Made by a program: the position numbers and the translations under genes. This document shows, one piece after another, positions 1 through 13,535 of a stretch of DNA of 64,000 nt. The DNA lies in NCBI GenBank assembly GCA_951406725.2, contig OX597814.1, forward strand, positions 219,728,001 through 219,792,000, in the 5' to 3' direction. How positions within the stretch are numbered: the first letter of the stretch is position 1; each line of letters begins with the position of its first letter. The stretch is from Octopus vulgaris (lineage: Eukaryota). A model generated the notes under the pieces. That model saw only the letters and a program-made list of their open reading frames with translations, was not told where the DNA came from and ran no database searches.

Positions 1-131
1 AATATGTGGAAGAACCTTTAAGAAACCTTTCTTTTGTGACCCAAAACAATGAATCCCAAATTTTGGAATACATCATTCTCTCATTTTATTCTTTAAATAT
101 TATTAGCTTTTTGAGAGTAAACATACATAAT

Positions 132-291
132 CGCAGGAATGGCTGTGTAGTAAGTAGCTTGCTTACCAACCACATAGTTCTGGGTTCAGTCCCACTGCGT
201 GGCATCTTGGGCAAGTGTCTTCTGCTATAGCCCCGGGCCAACCAATGCCTTGTGAGTGGATTTGGTAGATGGAAACTGAAAGAAGCCTGTC

Positions 292-342
<51 letters not shown>

Positions 343-562
343 TGTGTGTATGTTTGTGTGTCTGTGTGTTTGTCCCCCTAGCATTGCTTGACAACCGATG
401 CTGGTGTGTTTGCGTCCCCATCACCTAGCGGTTCGATAAAAGAGACCGATAGAATAAGTACTGGGCTTACAAAGAATAAGTCCTGGGGGTCGATTTGCTC
501 GACTAAAGGCGATGCTCCAGCATGGCCGCAGTCAAATGACTGAAACAAGTAAAAGAGGGTAA
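132..562 (+). mobile_element. tRNA-derived, CORE-like SINE family A with central (TA)n/(TG)n. Other copies at about 7122-7450, 13934-14560, 16948-17325, 31600-32000, 53584-54003, 61172-61557 (+) and 24309-24880, 42735-43035 (-)
   Basis: tRNA-like head (TGGCTGTGTGGTAAG...GGTTCAGTCCC), CORE-like CTTGGGCAAGT, and conserved tail GGTGCTCCAGCATGGCCGCAGTCAAATGACTGAAAC; many dispersed near-identical copies. Confidence 0.85.
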
Positions 563-1446
563 AGAGTCATGCCATATAGTTTCAAAACAAAGTAATGAGC
601 AGAATTGAGATTCAAAAGGTGGAGGAAATATTATTCTGTTTGGTGAATATGAGTCATAGTAAAAAGAAATGTTTTGTTCATATATTATAGTTAGATACAC
701 CATAAAATCTTGGCATCAAAAGATTTATTAAATATATATATATGTCTTGAAATTTTTTTTCCATCATAATCATCATCATCATCATCATCATATCATCTCC
801 ATTTTTCTATGCTTGTACGGCTTGGATGGGTTTCTTCTAGCATTGCATCTCACTTCTTGATGCAGTTCTTTGTCATCTCTGTGACATTCAGCCTCTTCAG
901 ATCATCTTTCTCTGCTTCTCCTCATATCTTCTTTGGTTTGCCTCTTCTATAATGTCCTTGGATTTTGGGCACTTCATTATCCCACTGTCTCCTTTCAAAC
1001 ACATCTAACGTCAATGCTAGCTCAGTCTTACCCTCTTGCAGTCTCTATTGAGTCTCCCTCATACACAATTTTTATTTAATTTCAGCTCATTTGTATTCAA
1101 TTATTCATGCACACACTAACATTATACATCCAGCAGAGTATGTTCACTTCAGTTCTTTCCTTCCTTCACACACTCTCTGCATTCAGTGTCAATATTTTGC
1201 TATCATACAGTATCACACATTGTACACAAGTAACTTACAATTTGTCCTTCAAAGATAATACTCCTTGAACTTCACCTACCCCATTCTTACTCTGGTTGTT
1301 ATACCCTTAGAACACTCTTAATTTGTCAGCTTTCAGTTCTAAGTTTTTTCCTTGTGTTTTGAAGCTATTGAATATATATATATTAGCTTGTGAAACCTTA
1401 CTTTGGTAACCAAAGATGAAACCATACATTGAAATTGTTTTGCTTT

Positions 1447-1822
1447 GGCACGTAAAAAGCACCATCCGACCGTGGCCGTTTGCCAGCCTCGCCTGGCCTC
1501 CGTGCCGGTGGCACGTAAAAAGCACCAATCCGACTGTGGCCGTTTGCCAGCCTCGCCTGGCCTCCGTGCCGGTGGCACGTAAAAAGCACCAATCCGACCG
1601 TGGCCGTTTGCCAGCCTCGTCTGGCACCTGTACCGGTGGCACGTAAAAAGCAACCACTACACTCATGGAGTGGTTGGCATTAGGAAGGGCATCCAGCCAT
1701 AGAAACATTGCCAGATCAGACTGGGCCTGGTGCAGCCTTCTGGCTTCCCAGACTCCAGTTGCACCGTCCAACCCATGAAAGCGGACGCTAAACGATGATG
1801 ATGATGATGATGATGATGATGC
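1447..1822 (+). mobile_element. RTE 3'-UTR-derived retroposon (family B) with ~55-bp tandem units and (GAT)n tail. Other copies at about 4288-4677, 24532-24680, 28149-28335, 28413-28685, 44700-45090 (+) and 12243-12358, 40327-40525, 43308-44068, 55530-55890 (-)
   Basis: GGCACGTAAAAAGCACC units and the GGAAGGGCATCCAGC...CCAACCCATGC tail match the 3' UTR of the RTE at 61838-62294. Confidence 0.85.
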
Positions 1823-2787
1823 AGGTACCATTTTAAAATACATATCTACTTTTTCATCACCCTCTCAATTTGCACAGAAATTCTAAGTGTTTCTTGCCAG
1901 AATACCTATTCATTTAATTCTACATCTTTCTATCAGTTTTGTTGCTAAGTAAAGTTAGTATAGAAACAAAACTTGAATGTCTGAGATAGTTGCTATTAAT
2001 AAAATAAGTACATCTACACTACATTTGGATTGGTTTGATCTTTAGTTATCATCTGGTCACTTACTCCTGGTTTCTTCATAAAACTGGCTGGTTTTAGTGT
2101 AAAACAATATTTGGGCTGGGTGCGGCCAGATATGACCTGTTTAAGGGTTAATGGTATCACTCTATTAAACGAATATAATGTCACCTCTGCCATGAATTGA
2201 ACTAATATTACAACTACTATGACAATTATTACTCTGTTACTATATATTATTTACAAACTAACATTTTAAAGATAAGTTATAGCCAGAATAGTTTGGGTTT
2301 TCTAGTTATTAGCTTCATTTTCACCCCCACTTTTATTTATTTCTGTCTTTGTTTCAAAGCACAATGTCATCATAAACCACTGAAAATGTTCTGTAGTTTG
2401 AAAAACAGAGACGTAGGCAATGGCCTTGAAAATACAAACAACTTTGTCTCTTTTTTTTCTTTTTCTTTTGTACTATTTAAAATTTATTTAGTGTTCTAAA
2501 CTGAAATAATTTCTACATTTATGCTCTACAGGAGCATATCCCGTTAAAATACTAGAAGTCAACACCTGAACTGTAATGTGAAAGTGAAACTTGCCAACTA
2601 ATCAAATTCAGTGAAACTGAGTTATATACCTTGTTGAAAAACAATGTTAAGCTTTCGGAAAATTTGAGCTCCTAGCTATGCATTAAGTATGGTAACCTCG
2701 TCTGTGTCATGATCTTGTATTGGAGTCTAAACAATAGACTACTCTATTCCTCTTTCAATCTGTGACCTTTTATCAATGTGAGAAATT

Positions 2788-3175
2788 GGATGGAAGCACT
2801 CCATCGATTACGACGACGAGGGTTCCGGTTGATCCGAATCAACGGAACAGCCTGCTCGTGAAATTAACGTGTAAGTGGCTGAGCACTCCACAGACACGTG
2901 TACCCTTAACATAGTTCTCAGGGATATTCAGCATGACACAAAGAGTGACAAGGCCGGCCCTTTGAAATACAGGTACAACAGAAACAGGAAGTAAGAGTGA
3001 GAGAAAGTTGTGGTGAAAGAGTACAGCAGGGATCACCACCATCCCCTGCCGGAGCCTCGTGGAGCTTTAGGTGTTTTCGCTCAATAAACACTCACAACGC
3101 CCGGTCTGGGAATCGAAACCGCGATCCTACGACCGCGAGTCCGCTGCCCTAACCACTGGGCCATTGCGCCTCCAC
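2788..3175 (-). mobile_element. Young tRNA-derived SINE family C (~385 bp)
   Basis: Pol III A-box-like TGGCCCAGTGG and B-box-like GTTTCGATTCC; CpG-rich; 11-bp TSD TGTGAGAAATT (2777-2787, 3176-3186). Confidence 0.9.
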
Positions 3176-3419
3176 TGTGAGAAATTATTTGCATGGACAA
3201 CTGTTGTTAGTATACCTTACTTCTCTTCACAGTTGAATGGTAATCATTAAAAGGCATCTAGATGTAAAAATAGTTGCATAGACAAAACCTATTCAAAACC
3301 TGGTATTAGAACAAAGCCTTCGGTTGGCATTAACTCGTATCTGAGTAGTTAATCTGTTGTGAGTGATTGAGCCTCTTCATCCTAATAAGTACAAAGGGTG
3401 CCAGTACCTGAGCTGGCTG

Positions 3420-3990
3420 TTCAGGCCAAGGGTGGTATAGAAGAGCCAGGGGAATTTATCTCAGGGGTAGGGTACATTGAAGTGCAAGTCACTCCTTGTG
3501 TCTTTGACATCTGATTTTTGTCTCTTGATGTCTGTTATTTTGGATCTGGTCTATGCCCTTGACAATGGCATGCCACCACTTTAGGCGGTCCTTGGCGATT
3601 GTCTCCCAAATATTTGGGTCTATGGAGCAGTAGAGGAGAGTGGTCTTAGGCTGGTCTCGGAAACAGAATTTGGGAGCTCTGCATGGTCTGGTGCCTGAGG
3701 CCAACTTTACAAAGTGGAGTTGGCAGGGAAGCACATTTGAAATATACAGATGATGTGGCCCAACCAGCAGAGGCAGTGTCATGCCATGGTAGCTTGAATA
3801 CTAGGGTGTTTGACCTGGAACAGAACCACTTCATTGGTAATACAGTCCTTCCATCAAATCCTCATGATTGCATGAAGTTTGTACTGTTGGAAATGTTTGA
3901 TTTTCTTCGTTGATACATGAGCTCACCATCGAAACACTACATTAACACCCTGTTAAATCACATGATGGATTAAGTCTAATACCCAAGTAC
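3420..3990 (-). mobile_element. Old RTE/BovB-like LINE 3' fragment
   Basis: ORF 3489-3782 resembles an RTE C-terminus (WETIAKDRLKWWHAIVKG). Confidence 0.55.
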
Positions 3991-5374
3991 TTAAGAATAC
4001 AAACAGCTGCAACAAATACTGTTTGATATTTTATCCAGTAGTCTAATAATTCTGCCAATCCACTGTCCTTTAATTGATGCTTTCATTTATTGACCCCAAA
4101 AAGGATGAAAAGCAATGTAGACCTTAACAGGATTTGAACTCAGACTACAGTGAAATGGAATAAATACTATAGGTATTTTGTACTATTCTCAAACAACTCT
4201 ACCAATTTACCAACTGTGGTAAATTGTTCAGAGATTTGACATCAATACTACTGAACAGGAAAGACAACACTTGGACAAAGTTTAGAATGGCACGTAAAAA
4301 GCACCATCCGAATCGTGGCCAATGCCAGTGCCGCCTCGACTGGCTTCCGTGTCGGTGGTACGTAAAAAGCACCATCCGAATCGTGGCCGAAGTCAGTGCC
4401 GCCTCGACTGGCTTCCGTGCCGGTGGCACGTAAAAAGCACCAATCCAACCGTGACTGTTGCCAGCCTCGCCTGGCACCTGTGCGAGTGGCACGTAAAAGG
4501 CACCCACTACAGTCACGGAGTGGTTGGCGTTAGGAAGGGCATCCAGCTGTAGAAACATAGCCAGATAAGACCGGAGCCTGGTGCAGCCTTCTGGCTTCCC
4601 AGACCCCTGTTGAACCGTCCAACCCATGCTAACATGGAGAACGGACGTTAAACGATGATGATGATGATGATGATGATTAAGCTGTAGATAGGAGTAAACT
4701 TGACTCACATTTTCTGAATTCTAACATAAAGGTTGTTTAAGAGTACAAAGTGATGGTGTTAGAAGCTTTTACTAATGTTGTTATAGTTTCCTATTCCTCT
4801 TTATTTGAATGTTGTAAACATCTTTTTGTCTTGATTAGTTATGTAGTTTTGAAGTTTTTTTTTTTTTTGTCTCTTGGTTTCATACTTACATTTGTCTGAT
4901 GCTGTCAAACTGTCCAACCCATGCCAGCATAGAAGGCAGTCAGTCATTACAAGATGATGATGATGATGATGATGATGGTCTCTATAATTTGTTGGGGTAA
5001 CTTAATTTGAGAGATGAACAAACTGCGACCTGTGGGACTTCCAAAAATTAGTTAAAATTGTGTTAGTTGTTGGTCTGTCTCCTGATGAGTCATATTGGCC
5101 CACCTCTTGAAAATGATAGCTCATGCCTTGTCTAGATCATATAGTGGACAATTGAACAATGGAATTTTAAATTTAAGTGACTACCAAGAAGAGCATCCAA
5201 ACATGTGTGTGTGTAATTAGCACAAACTACCATCTTGTCATCAGCTTCCCTTAGCAAAGGAATTTTAACCTTGAAATATTGAAATATAAAGTAAAAAGGT
5301 GTAGATAGTTGTTTTGTCTTTTGTTTGTTTTCATTCTTATTTTCTATCTTGCTTTGCAATGGCTGTCTAAAACA

Positions 5375-5429
<55 letters not shown>

Positions 5430-6406
5430 CTGTTGATATCATCACAAACCATGAATTTAGAAACACATCTGTTTGTTCACTTTGCTTGTAAAAGAAAAAC
5501 AAGCTTGAACTTCTATCAGGTCATAATCATTGAATTTATTTATAGATTACTTAAAGTGATTTCCCAGTTAGTAATTGTAAATGTGAAGGAAGTCGATATT
5601 TGCCTTATCACACTCACTTTTTCCACATCTTTGACACACAACTCATAGTCTGATTATTTTTCTGTTTCTCTGACTAGATTTGATACTGTTGTTGGCAAAA
5701 GTCTCTGTGTGTGTGTCTCTCTCTCTCTCACACACACACACAATCATACACACACACTCACACATAGTCCCTGTCTGTTTTTCAGTTACTTCAGGCATTG
5801 TTCATGCATTGTTGAGTGATGTTAGCTTATCATGTGCTTAATACTGAGTTATTTAATGTCTTCCACTAGCAGTATGAGCAAAGGAACCTGTAGATGCTCC
5901 CTTTGTGTTTGGTCATGTGTGGCTGTGTTGTAGGTACTCTTGTGTTAACTGGTTTATTACTATTTTGTGGTCCATACAGCTACTTTAGTATATTTTGCTC
6001 TGTGACTTTTGTTGAGGTTATTCTGATATATATTTGTTGACACACCCTGCACTTCCTTAAAAGTGTCAGGGGGTAAAAAAAAAGTGAAGAAGAAGCTACC
6101 AGGAAATTCTTTCTTAATGTTTAAGACTCCCACATCTTGTCATCATTATAATTGTTTTGACATCCACTTTCCATGTTTGCATGGGTCAGGCGGAGTTTAC
6201 TGAGACAGATTTTCTGCAGCCAGATGTTCTTCCTGTTATCAACCCTCACCTCTTTTCAAGCAAGCTAATTATTTCTCCATAGCCAGACTTTGCTCTTGAA
6301 AAATACTGGCAATGAATGACGTTGCTAATCATTTGTAACTTTAATGTTATGATGTCAAGATAAGGAGACACAAACATGCACACACACACACACACATGTA
6401 TGAATG

Positions 6407-6447
<41 letters not shown>

Positions 6448-8828
6448 TATGCTGAACTTTCAGTTTTCATCTGCCAAATCCACTCCTTATTCTGTTTTCT
6501 AAGATATAATTGTTTGAAGCCTTAATCTATAGTCCACTCCTACTCAACTTTAACTGTGAAAGGTGGCTTCTGCACATATGTTTATTCCACTCCTCTCTCT
6601 CTCTCTCTCTCTCGCTTAGATAACTGTAACCAGACCAGGATTTTCAGTCAACCTCATTCAAATCCTACTTTCTCCTTTCTTCTTCTAAATACATCTGTCT
6701 TCCTCAATGGCTCTCTGAATGCCTTCAACCACCAAATCTTTGATCATATTTCTTCTTGCATTGAGAACATCTGTCCTACTTCACCCTTCTCTAACCACAC
6801 CATCGTCCATGACTCAATGTTCACAACTCTTCTTGGCTTTCTTACTCACTCATTCCACACAGATACATTGGGTACAATGACCAAATTTTCTGCAATCCTT
6901 AATTCTTTTCATAAAGTAGTGATAAGCAGATACTTTTAAAGTGCTATGTTAAGATGCAAAATCACTGCTGCCAAAACTGTTATTGGTTTTAGATAAAGCT
7001 CATTACTGAATTTAAAATAACAAAATCAATGGAAAATGGAGGTGTTGGGTTAAAATCTTGAATTGTTTGATTGTCTTGTTTTAAATTTTTAATCTATTTC
7101 TAAAAAAAAAATGCATCCAATGCGCAGGAGTGGCTGTGTGGTAAGTAGCTTGCTAACCAACCACATGGTTCCGGGTTCAGTCCCACTGCCTGGCATCTTG
7201 GGCAAGTGTCTTCTGCTATAGCCCCGGGCCGACCAATGCCTTGTGAGTGGATTTGGTAGACGGAAACTGAAAGAAGTCTGTCGTATATATGTATATATAA
7301 TATATATATGTGTGTTTGTCCCCCTAGCATTGCTTGACAACAGCGGTTCGGCAAAAGAGACCGATAGAATAAGTCCTGGGGTCGAGTTGCTCGACTAAAG
7401 GCGGTGCTCCAGCTTGGCCGCAGTCAAATGACTGAAACAAGTAAAAGAGTAACTTAGATGTTTATTCTGATGAGTATTTTCCTCCTCTGCACTCATATCT
7501 GACTGGCATACAGAGTCTAAGTGGCCTTGATCCCTTTCTCATCTGCAGACCCAGCCTTTACCAAACTATTAGTCATATTGATGAAAAATATCAAACAAAA
7601 ACCTATAAGTCTGAATAATGTAGAAAATTCAAAATTCAAAGTATTAAGAATTCTCATTGGCATTTCACAATTTAATTATGCTCAGGTTTACCATAGGTTT
7701 CAGTCTGGTTTCTGCTACCTTAGTCAACGATTAATATCATTTCCATTTCTTCCTTGCAAGTACAGAAGACAACTTAAGATATGTTTTGATCAAATATTCT
7801 TCTTAAGCCATTCAAGTACATCTTGGTCAGAATGTTTGCAATATAATGAGAATTTTCTAGACTTTCGAATAAAGCTTCTGTTTGTGATAAAGAGACTTCT
7901 TATGCACAAAGGCACATTTTGCAAAGAAATGTATACAGACAAAATAATTAAGACCAGTATTTATTTTATTGATCTCTTGACTCAGAGATAATATTGACTG
8001 CAATATACTTTATCACAGATTGGTGAGAAGTGAAATTACATTTTGTAAAGTCCATGTACCATTTCTACCACTTGTCACTATGAATTATGTGTTTGATATA
8101 TTTAATATGATTTTTAGTTATAAGTTATAAAGTAATAAATATTTGGAATTTTAGAAATGAATTTTTATTATTGTCTGCTTTTAAAAAACTTTGTATCCGC
8201 TGGCACAAATAAGGAAATTTGTTCTTGTTGAAGATCCATGATAGAGAAGTCTTGTTAATGATTGATGGTTTGACAAGTTACAGTAAAAAATGTAAATGCT
8301 CATAAATCTATTGGTGTACTTGTGTAAGAAAGAGATTTAGTTATAAAATATTTACTTCAATAATTCCTATGCAAATGTCCAAATTTACTGTGGCAGAATT
8401 CCATTTAAGTTAGCTCAGAAAAGGATTTAAATATTTAAATCTAGAATCCAAGAAAACTGGTGATAGTCTGCATTGGCAATATTTAATCCAGTGGAGAATT
8501 CATAGTAAGTTGGTAATTCATAATAAGTTGCCTTGGGGAATGTAAAGTCTCCAGACTTGCTACTACCAATAGTAATTGAATTTACCAAGATTGTATAATC
8601 TCTCCTAATCTCATAGAATGGTTTAGACGTGTACCGGTGAAACAGTTATTGCAATACAGTGTCCTGATCTACAAACAATATATTCCCTCAAACAGTAGAT
8701 TATTTCTCATGAAAGGATCCTCTTCCACTTTGATCATCTTCCACTTTCTCTATTTTGTTTTGTTCAATCAATTGTTCTGTCTTCACCTTTGATTCCTTTT
8801 CTCACATACATATATATATATATATATA

Positions 8829-9495
8829 CACCACTGATGCTATATTCCTGGTAAGACAGCTGCAGGAGAAGTACCTAGTCAAAAGTAAACACCTGTACTT
8901 GGCTTTTGTTGACATGGAGAAAGCCTTTGACAAGGTTATCTGATGGTCATTGCGAAAACTAGGGCTAGAGGAGTGACTGATGAGAGCTGTGCAAGCCATG
9001 TACAGGGATGTTGTTAGTAAGGTGAGGGTTGGCAATGAATATAGTGATGAATTCAGTGTACAAGTAGGAGTTCACCAAGGATCAATCCTTAACTCCCTCT
9101 TGTTTATCGTAGTCCTCCAGGCAATAACAGAGGAGTTTAAGTTGGGCTGCCTTTGAGGGCTCTTCTATGCTGATGACCTTGTTTTTATAGTTGACTTGAT
9201 ACCAGAATTAAAGAAAAAATTTCAGGAGTGGAATCAAGGGCTGGAATCAAAAAACCTTAGAGTTAATTTAGCAGTGTGCATGTACAACAGAGTGTAAGCA
9301 TCTTGAGAGAAAAGTTGGGCATAAGAGGCATCATATGTGGTGTGCAAGAGAGATGACTGTGTTAGTATGGTTATGTAATGCATATGGATGAGGACAGTTG
9401 CGTAAAGAAGTGCTGGTCTCTAACTGTGGAAGAGGTAGGCCCAGGAAGACATGGGACAAGGTGGGGAAGCATGATCTTTGAATGTGGGATCTCAC
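8829..9495 (+). mobile_element. Decayed RTE LINE RT fragment (same family as 61838-63485), internally deleted
   Basis: TTDAIFLVRQLQEKYL...AFVDMEKAFDKV, then GVHQGS and YADDL in nucleotide sequence; deletion near 9272. Confidence 0.85.
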
Positions 9496-9497
9496 TA

Positions 9498-10254
9498 AGT
9501 TTTAATGTTCTAGCTCACTTCTGTTTACAGCAGTGCTTGGAAGGAAAATGTGTAGCGTATAATTGTCACATTGACCATGACAGAAAAAGTTGCCATGGCG
9601 ATACCTGCTCAGAGGCCTACGCAAAGTTGCAGGAAGTATATGGAGAGGAGTGTATGAACCACACACAAGTGTACGAGTGGCTCAGATGTTGCCAAGATGA
9701 CTGAAAAAATGTTGATAGTGACGAATATTCTGGGAGACCTGCAACCAGTAGAACTGAGAAAGACATTGCAGATGAGTGTGCAGCTGTGAGGGGAAATCGT
9801 CGAATCCCCATCGGTGAGTTATTAGAAGATGTGCAGATTAGTTATGGTTTAGTCCATTATCACTGAAGATTTGGGTATGATGCGCGTGTCTACCAAGTTT
9901 GTGCCAAAACTGCTTTCAGCTGACCAAAAAGACACTCTGGTTTCAGTTGCACAAGATCTCCTTGATTGTGCCGAGAACAATGAAAACTTTGCATAGGCCT
10001 CTGAGCAAGCTTTTGGCAAAATTTGATGCAGATTCTCTGCTCAACTTTCTCTGTCATGGTCAGTGTGATGAACACCCCTACACACCTTCCTTCCAAGCAC
10101 TGCTGTAAACAGTAGAGGTGAGCTACAACGTTAAAATACTTAGTGCCCATGCACAGCAGAGTTCAAGGTCAATCTGGGCCAAGCAGCTTCACTCTGCATG
10201 CTTTAGCTTCGTTACTTTGACAATAGTCCGAATACTTATTGATCAGGCCACATA
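9498..10254. mobile_element. Mariner-derived element with head-to-head duplicated 5' arm; second copy at about 36215-36922
   Basis: EQRICIKFCQKL (mariner N-terminal HTH) on the minus strand; SGRPATS...VSAKFVPKLL on the plus strand; 9510-9545 is the reverse complement of about 10088-10125. Confidence 0.8.
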
Positions 10255-11517
10255 CATGACTTAACAATTGTTAAACTATTACTACTATATAAGTACTAAA
10301 ACATTTTATGTACAATTATTTTGCCTATTATTTATAGTTCATCACTAATTTCTTTGGATTCTACCATTTCATTTCCTCATGGCTTTATGTTATTGTTTAG
10401 TCCCAGGTGTGCTCTGATTGATCAAATGTATGACCAAAGGTATTCCAGCTGTAACTATCCTCTATACATTGTCCAGTGTAGCCTCTATTTAAGATGGTAG
10501 GATATGATTTGCTTCTAATGACCAATATGATTTCCGCCAGTACTTTGCCAATCCACCCTTCCTTCACTGGTACTTTACTTGAACCTGAATGAGAGAAAGG
10601 TAGTGTCAATCTTGGTGAGACCTCAGGGGACCACAAGACTCTGCTAGTTTACTGCCTGAAGATTATCTATTATTATTTTCCTTTTGATATCTTTTTTCAC
10701 TACATTGACATGAGTCAAATAACTCTGAAACACTATCTCCGTTTCTCTCATAGAGTTCTCTCATTTCTTAAGTGTCCTCAAATCTGATCTCCTCACCTTC
10801 TATGTCTCCTTTAGTCTGTTTCCAGTGTTATGAGACACTTTTTCGTCTAGACATCCTCATTCATTCACATTGTGGCTGCTTCTCTTGCTAACAAAAAACT
10901 TTGTTGTATTCACATCATACATGTGTGCAGCCTTTCTCATAAATTAACAATGTATATTGGAGGACTATGCTTTCTATAACTGGATGTTATTTGTAATACC
11001 AGCTACTTAACAAAAAATCCTAGTTGCCTTTTCCGTGGCACCATCATTATTGGTGTTACCTTGTAGCTTGCAAGGCTAAGATCCCCATCAACTCAGTGTG
11101 GTTACACCAGAGACAACATTTCAATAGAAATATTTTCATGAATTGAACAGCAGGAACTGCTAGCAACCACTGACCAACAACAATCAAGGCAATCCCAAAT
11201 TCTTCCTCCCCCTCTCCCCTTCTTCTTCTTCTTCTTGTTCTTCTTGTTGTTCTTCTTCTTGTCTTCCTAACTTTATCACTAATGCTTTTTAGTATAACAC
11301 CTACTACAATCAAGGCAATCCCAAATTCTTCCTCCCCTTCTCCCCCCTCCTCCTTCTTCCCTACAAAGAATTCACATGGACCTTGAACCCACAAGAGTAA
11401 ACAAGAGAGACAGAGAAAGGCAGAAACAAGGAGAACGCCGCTTATATTTGAACACTATACAAATATTCTTTTAAAAAAACTTTTCTTTTAATTTTTCTAA
11501 ATTCAATTATTTAATTG

Positions 11518-11560
11518 TTACAGCTGAAAAGGTCTCAAATGACCGAAACCGGTACTGAAA
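11518..11560 (+). ncRNA. Minimal type I hammerhead ribozyme motif (Penelope-like), with a G8-to-A core variant
   Basis: cag-CTGAAAA-GGTC-tcaaat-GACC-GAAA-CCGG-TA-ctg: stem I, core, stem II, GAAA, palindromic loop III and GUA triplet. Confidence 0.65.
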
Positions 11561-11610
11561 TGTTCTTTATAAAATTATTTTAGCATTTTCTATCTTGACT
11601 TGTTTTTTCA

Positions 11611-11646
<36 letters not shown>

Positions 11647-11981
11647 GTATATATATATATATTGGTGTTACCTTGTAACTTGCCAGACTAAGATCCGCAT
11701 CAACTCAGTGTGGTTACACCAGAGACAACATTTTTCTCATCTGTCTCTTGGTGTTATAGTACTCAGCAAACATATTTCATTAGTTTAACACTTTAGCATT
11801 CAGACTACTTTGTCAAATGTAATACTTATTTATTCATACTGCTTGGAATTAATCATGCATTGTATCATAGCCTTGAGATTACGATGATATGATTGTTTCC
11901 TTTTAGAATGAGATTGTAGAGTAGATGAGTGAGGCTGGATCTGGCCAATTTGAACATACGATAGAATATTTTGGCTGGATA

Positions 11982-12499
11982 TCTTTATATATAAAAGTGA
12001 AGTTGTGTGCTGTCTGTCTCCTACGATTTAGATTCCTAACTACTCCCACATTTTGTGGTGCAGTTTAACCAAAACTGGGTATCTTATAGTCGTGATTCAT
12101 ATCGAGCCCTTCTGGGTATTAGCGCGCGTCTACGATGAGTCTACGATTTAAAAAAAAATTTACCATCATTATTTTTCCATTTTAATGCATTTTTTCGCTA
12201 TTATATAAGGGAAGTAACTCTCTAAAAATGTCTACAATGAGTCATCATCATCATCATCATCATCGTTTAGCGTCCGTTTTCCATGCTAGCATGGGTTGGA
12301 CGGTTCTACTGGGGTCTGTGAAGCCAGAAGGCTTCATCAGGCCCAGTCAAATCTGGCAAACGATTTAAAAAAAAATTTACCATCATTTTTCCCCCCATTT
12401 TTAATGCATTTTTTTGCTATTTTTTGGCTATAACTCTCTAAAAATGCTTATATAGTTATTTCCCTTACAAACCCGAGCAATGTCGGGCGATACTGCAAG
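11982..12499 (+). mobile_element. Non-autonomous Helitron containing a nested family B fragment
   Basis: A|TCTTTATATATAAAAG 5' end, subterminal CCCGA...TCGGG hairpin, CAAG|T end (CTAG variant), no TSD. Confidence 0.85.
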
Positions 12500-13133
12500 T
12501 AAATAACAAAGAAAAAGCCTGAAAGGCATGAAGCATAGACCAAGGGTTAAAACCAGTAAAAAGAGTTAAACTGGTTTTCTTAGATACTGTCCAAGGATGC
12601 AGCAGTTACACCTTCACAAATTTTTCCTTTTTTTTGTTGTTGTTGTTGTTGTTGTTAATGTATACACATTTGTAATTACACTATATTAACAAATCAAAAG
12701 CTTAGTGATTCACATCCTGTTACTAGTATTACGTTGTTTACAAGACAGAGACTTGACTATCAAATGGCCTAGTCACATAGTTGTAAGTAGGAAACAGTTC
12801 ACTTGTAATGAAAGTAGTATTCAACTTCTGTAAATATAACCAATGAGGGATGGGTTCTGCCAAGCTGACTTATCTGGCTGAACTGGATGAAGACAAAGAT
12901 CTTAGCGCTACTATGACCCATACATGTAGGTGTACTTACATTAATTAAAGTTTATCTACATGTGTGGGCATGCCTATAACTAGTATTACAAGGACATACA
13001 TATACATATAACATGCATACCTTTACTAATACATGGTTGGGAAAAAGTTCAAGGAGTATTGCTAGTGCTGGTAACAGAAGATTGATCACATTAAGAGAGA
13101 GAGAGAGAGAGCCTTAAGCATTTATATCAGCCA

Positions 13134-13535
13134 CTAGCAGTATCGCCTGGCGTTGCTCGGGTTTGTAAGGGAAATAACTATATAAGCATTTTTAGAGAGT
13201 TATAGCCAAAAAAATAGCAAAAAATGCATTAAAAATGGGGAAAAAAATTATGGTAAATTTTTTTTTAAAATCGTTGACTCATCGTAGACATTTTTAGAGA
13301 GTTACTTCCCTTATATAATAGCGAAAAAATGCATTAAAATGGAAAAAAATGATGGTAAATTTTTTTTAAATCGTAGACTCATTGTAGATGCGCGCTAATA
13401 CCCAGAAGGGCTCGATATGAATCACGACTATAAGATACCCGGTTTTGGTTAAACTGCATCACAAAATGTGGGAGTAGTTAGGAATCTAAATCGTAGGAAA
13501 CAGACAGCACACAACTTCACTTTTATATATAAAGA
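13134..13535 (-). mobile_element. Non-autonomous Helitron, inverted relative to 11982-12499
   Basis: Reverse complement of the same element with TC 5' end and CTAG 3' end, between A and T. Confidence 0.88.

Noticed and set aside
1447-1660. Regularly spaced GGCACGTAAAAAGCACC repeats resembling a CRISPR array (also at 4288 and 43485)
   Set aside because: The intervening sequences are near-identical rather than unique spacers, there are no cas genes, the context is eukaryotic, and they match the RTE 3' UTR.
2839-3042. Recurrent 67-aa ORF MVVIPAVLFHHNF... seen at several loci
   Set aside because: It recurs only because SINE-C copies are young and near-identical; nothing indicates coding function.
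7521-7991. 156-aa ORF
   Set aside because: GTG start, composition typical of AT-rich non-coding DNA, no recognisable domain or splice context.
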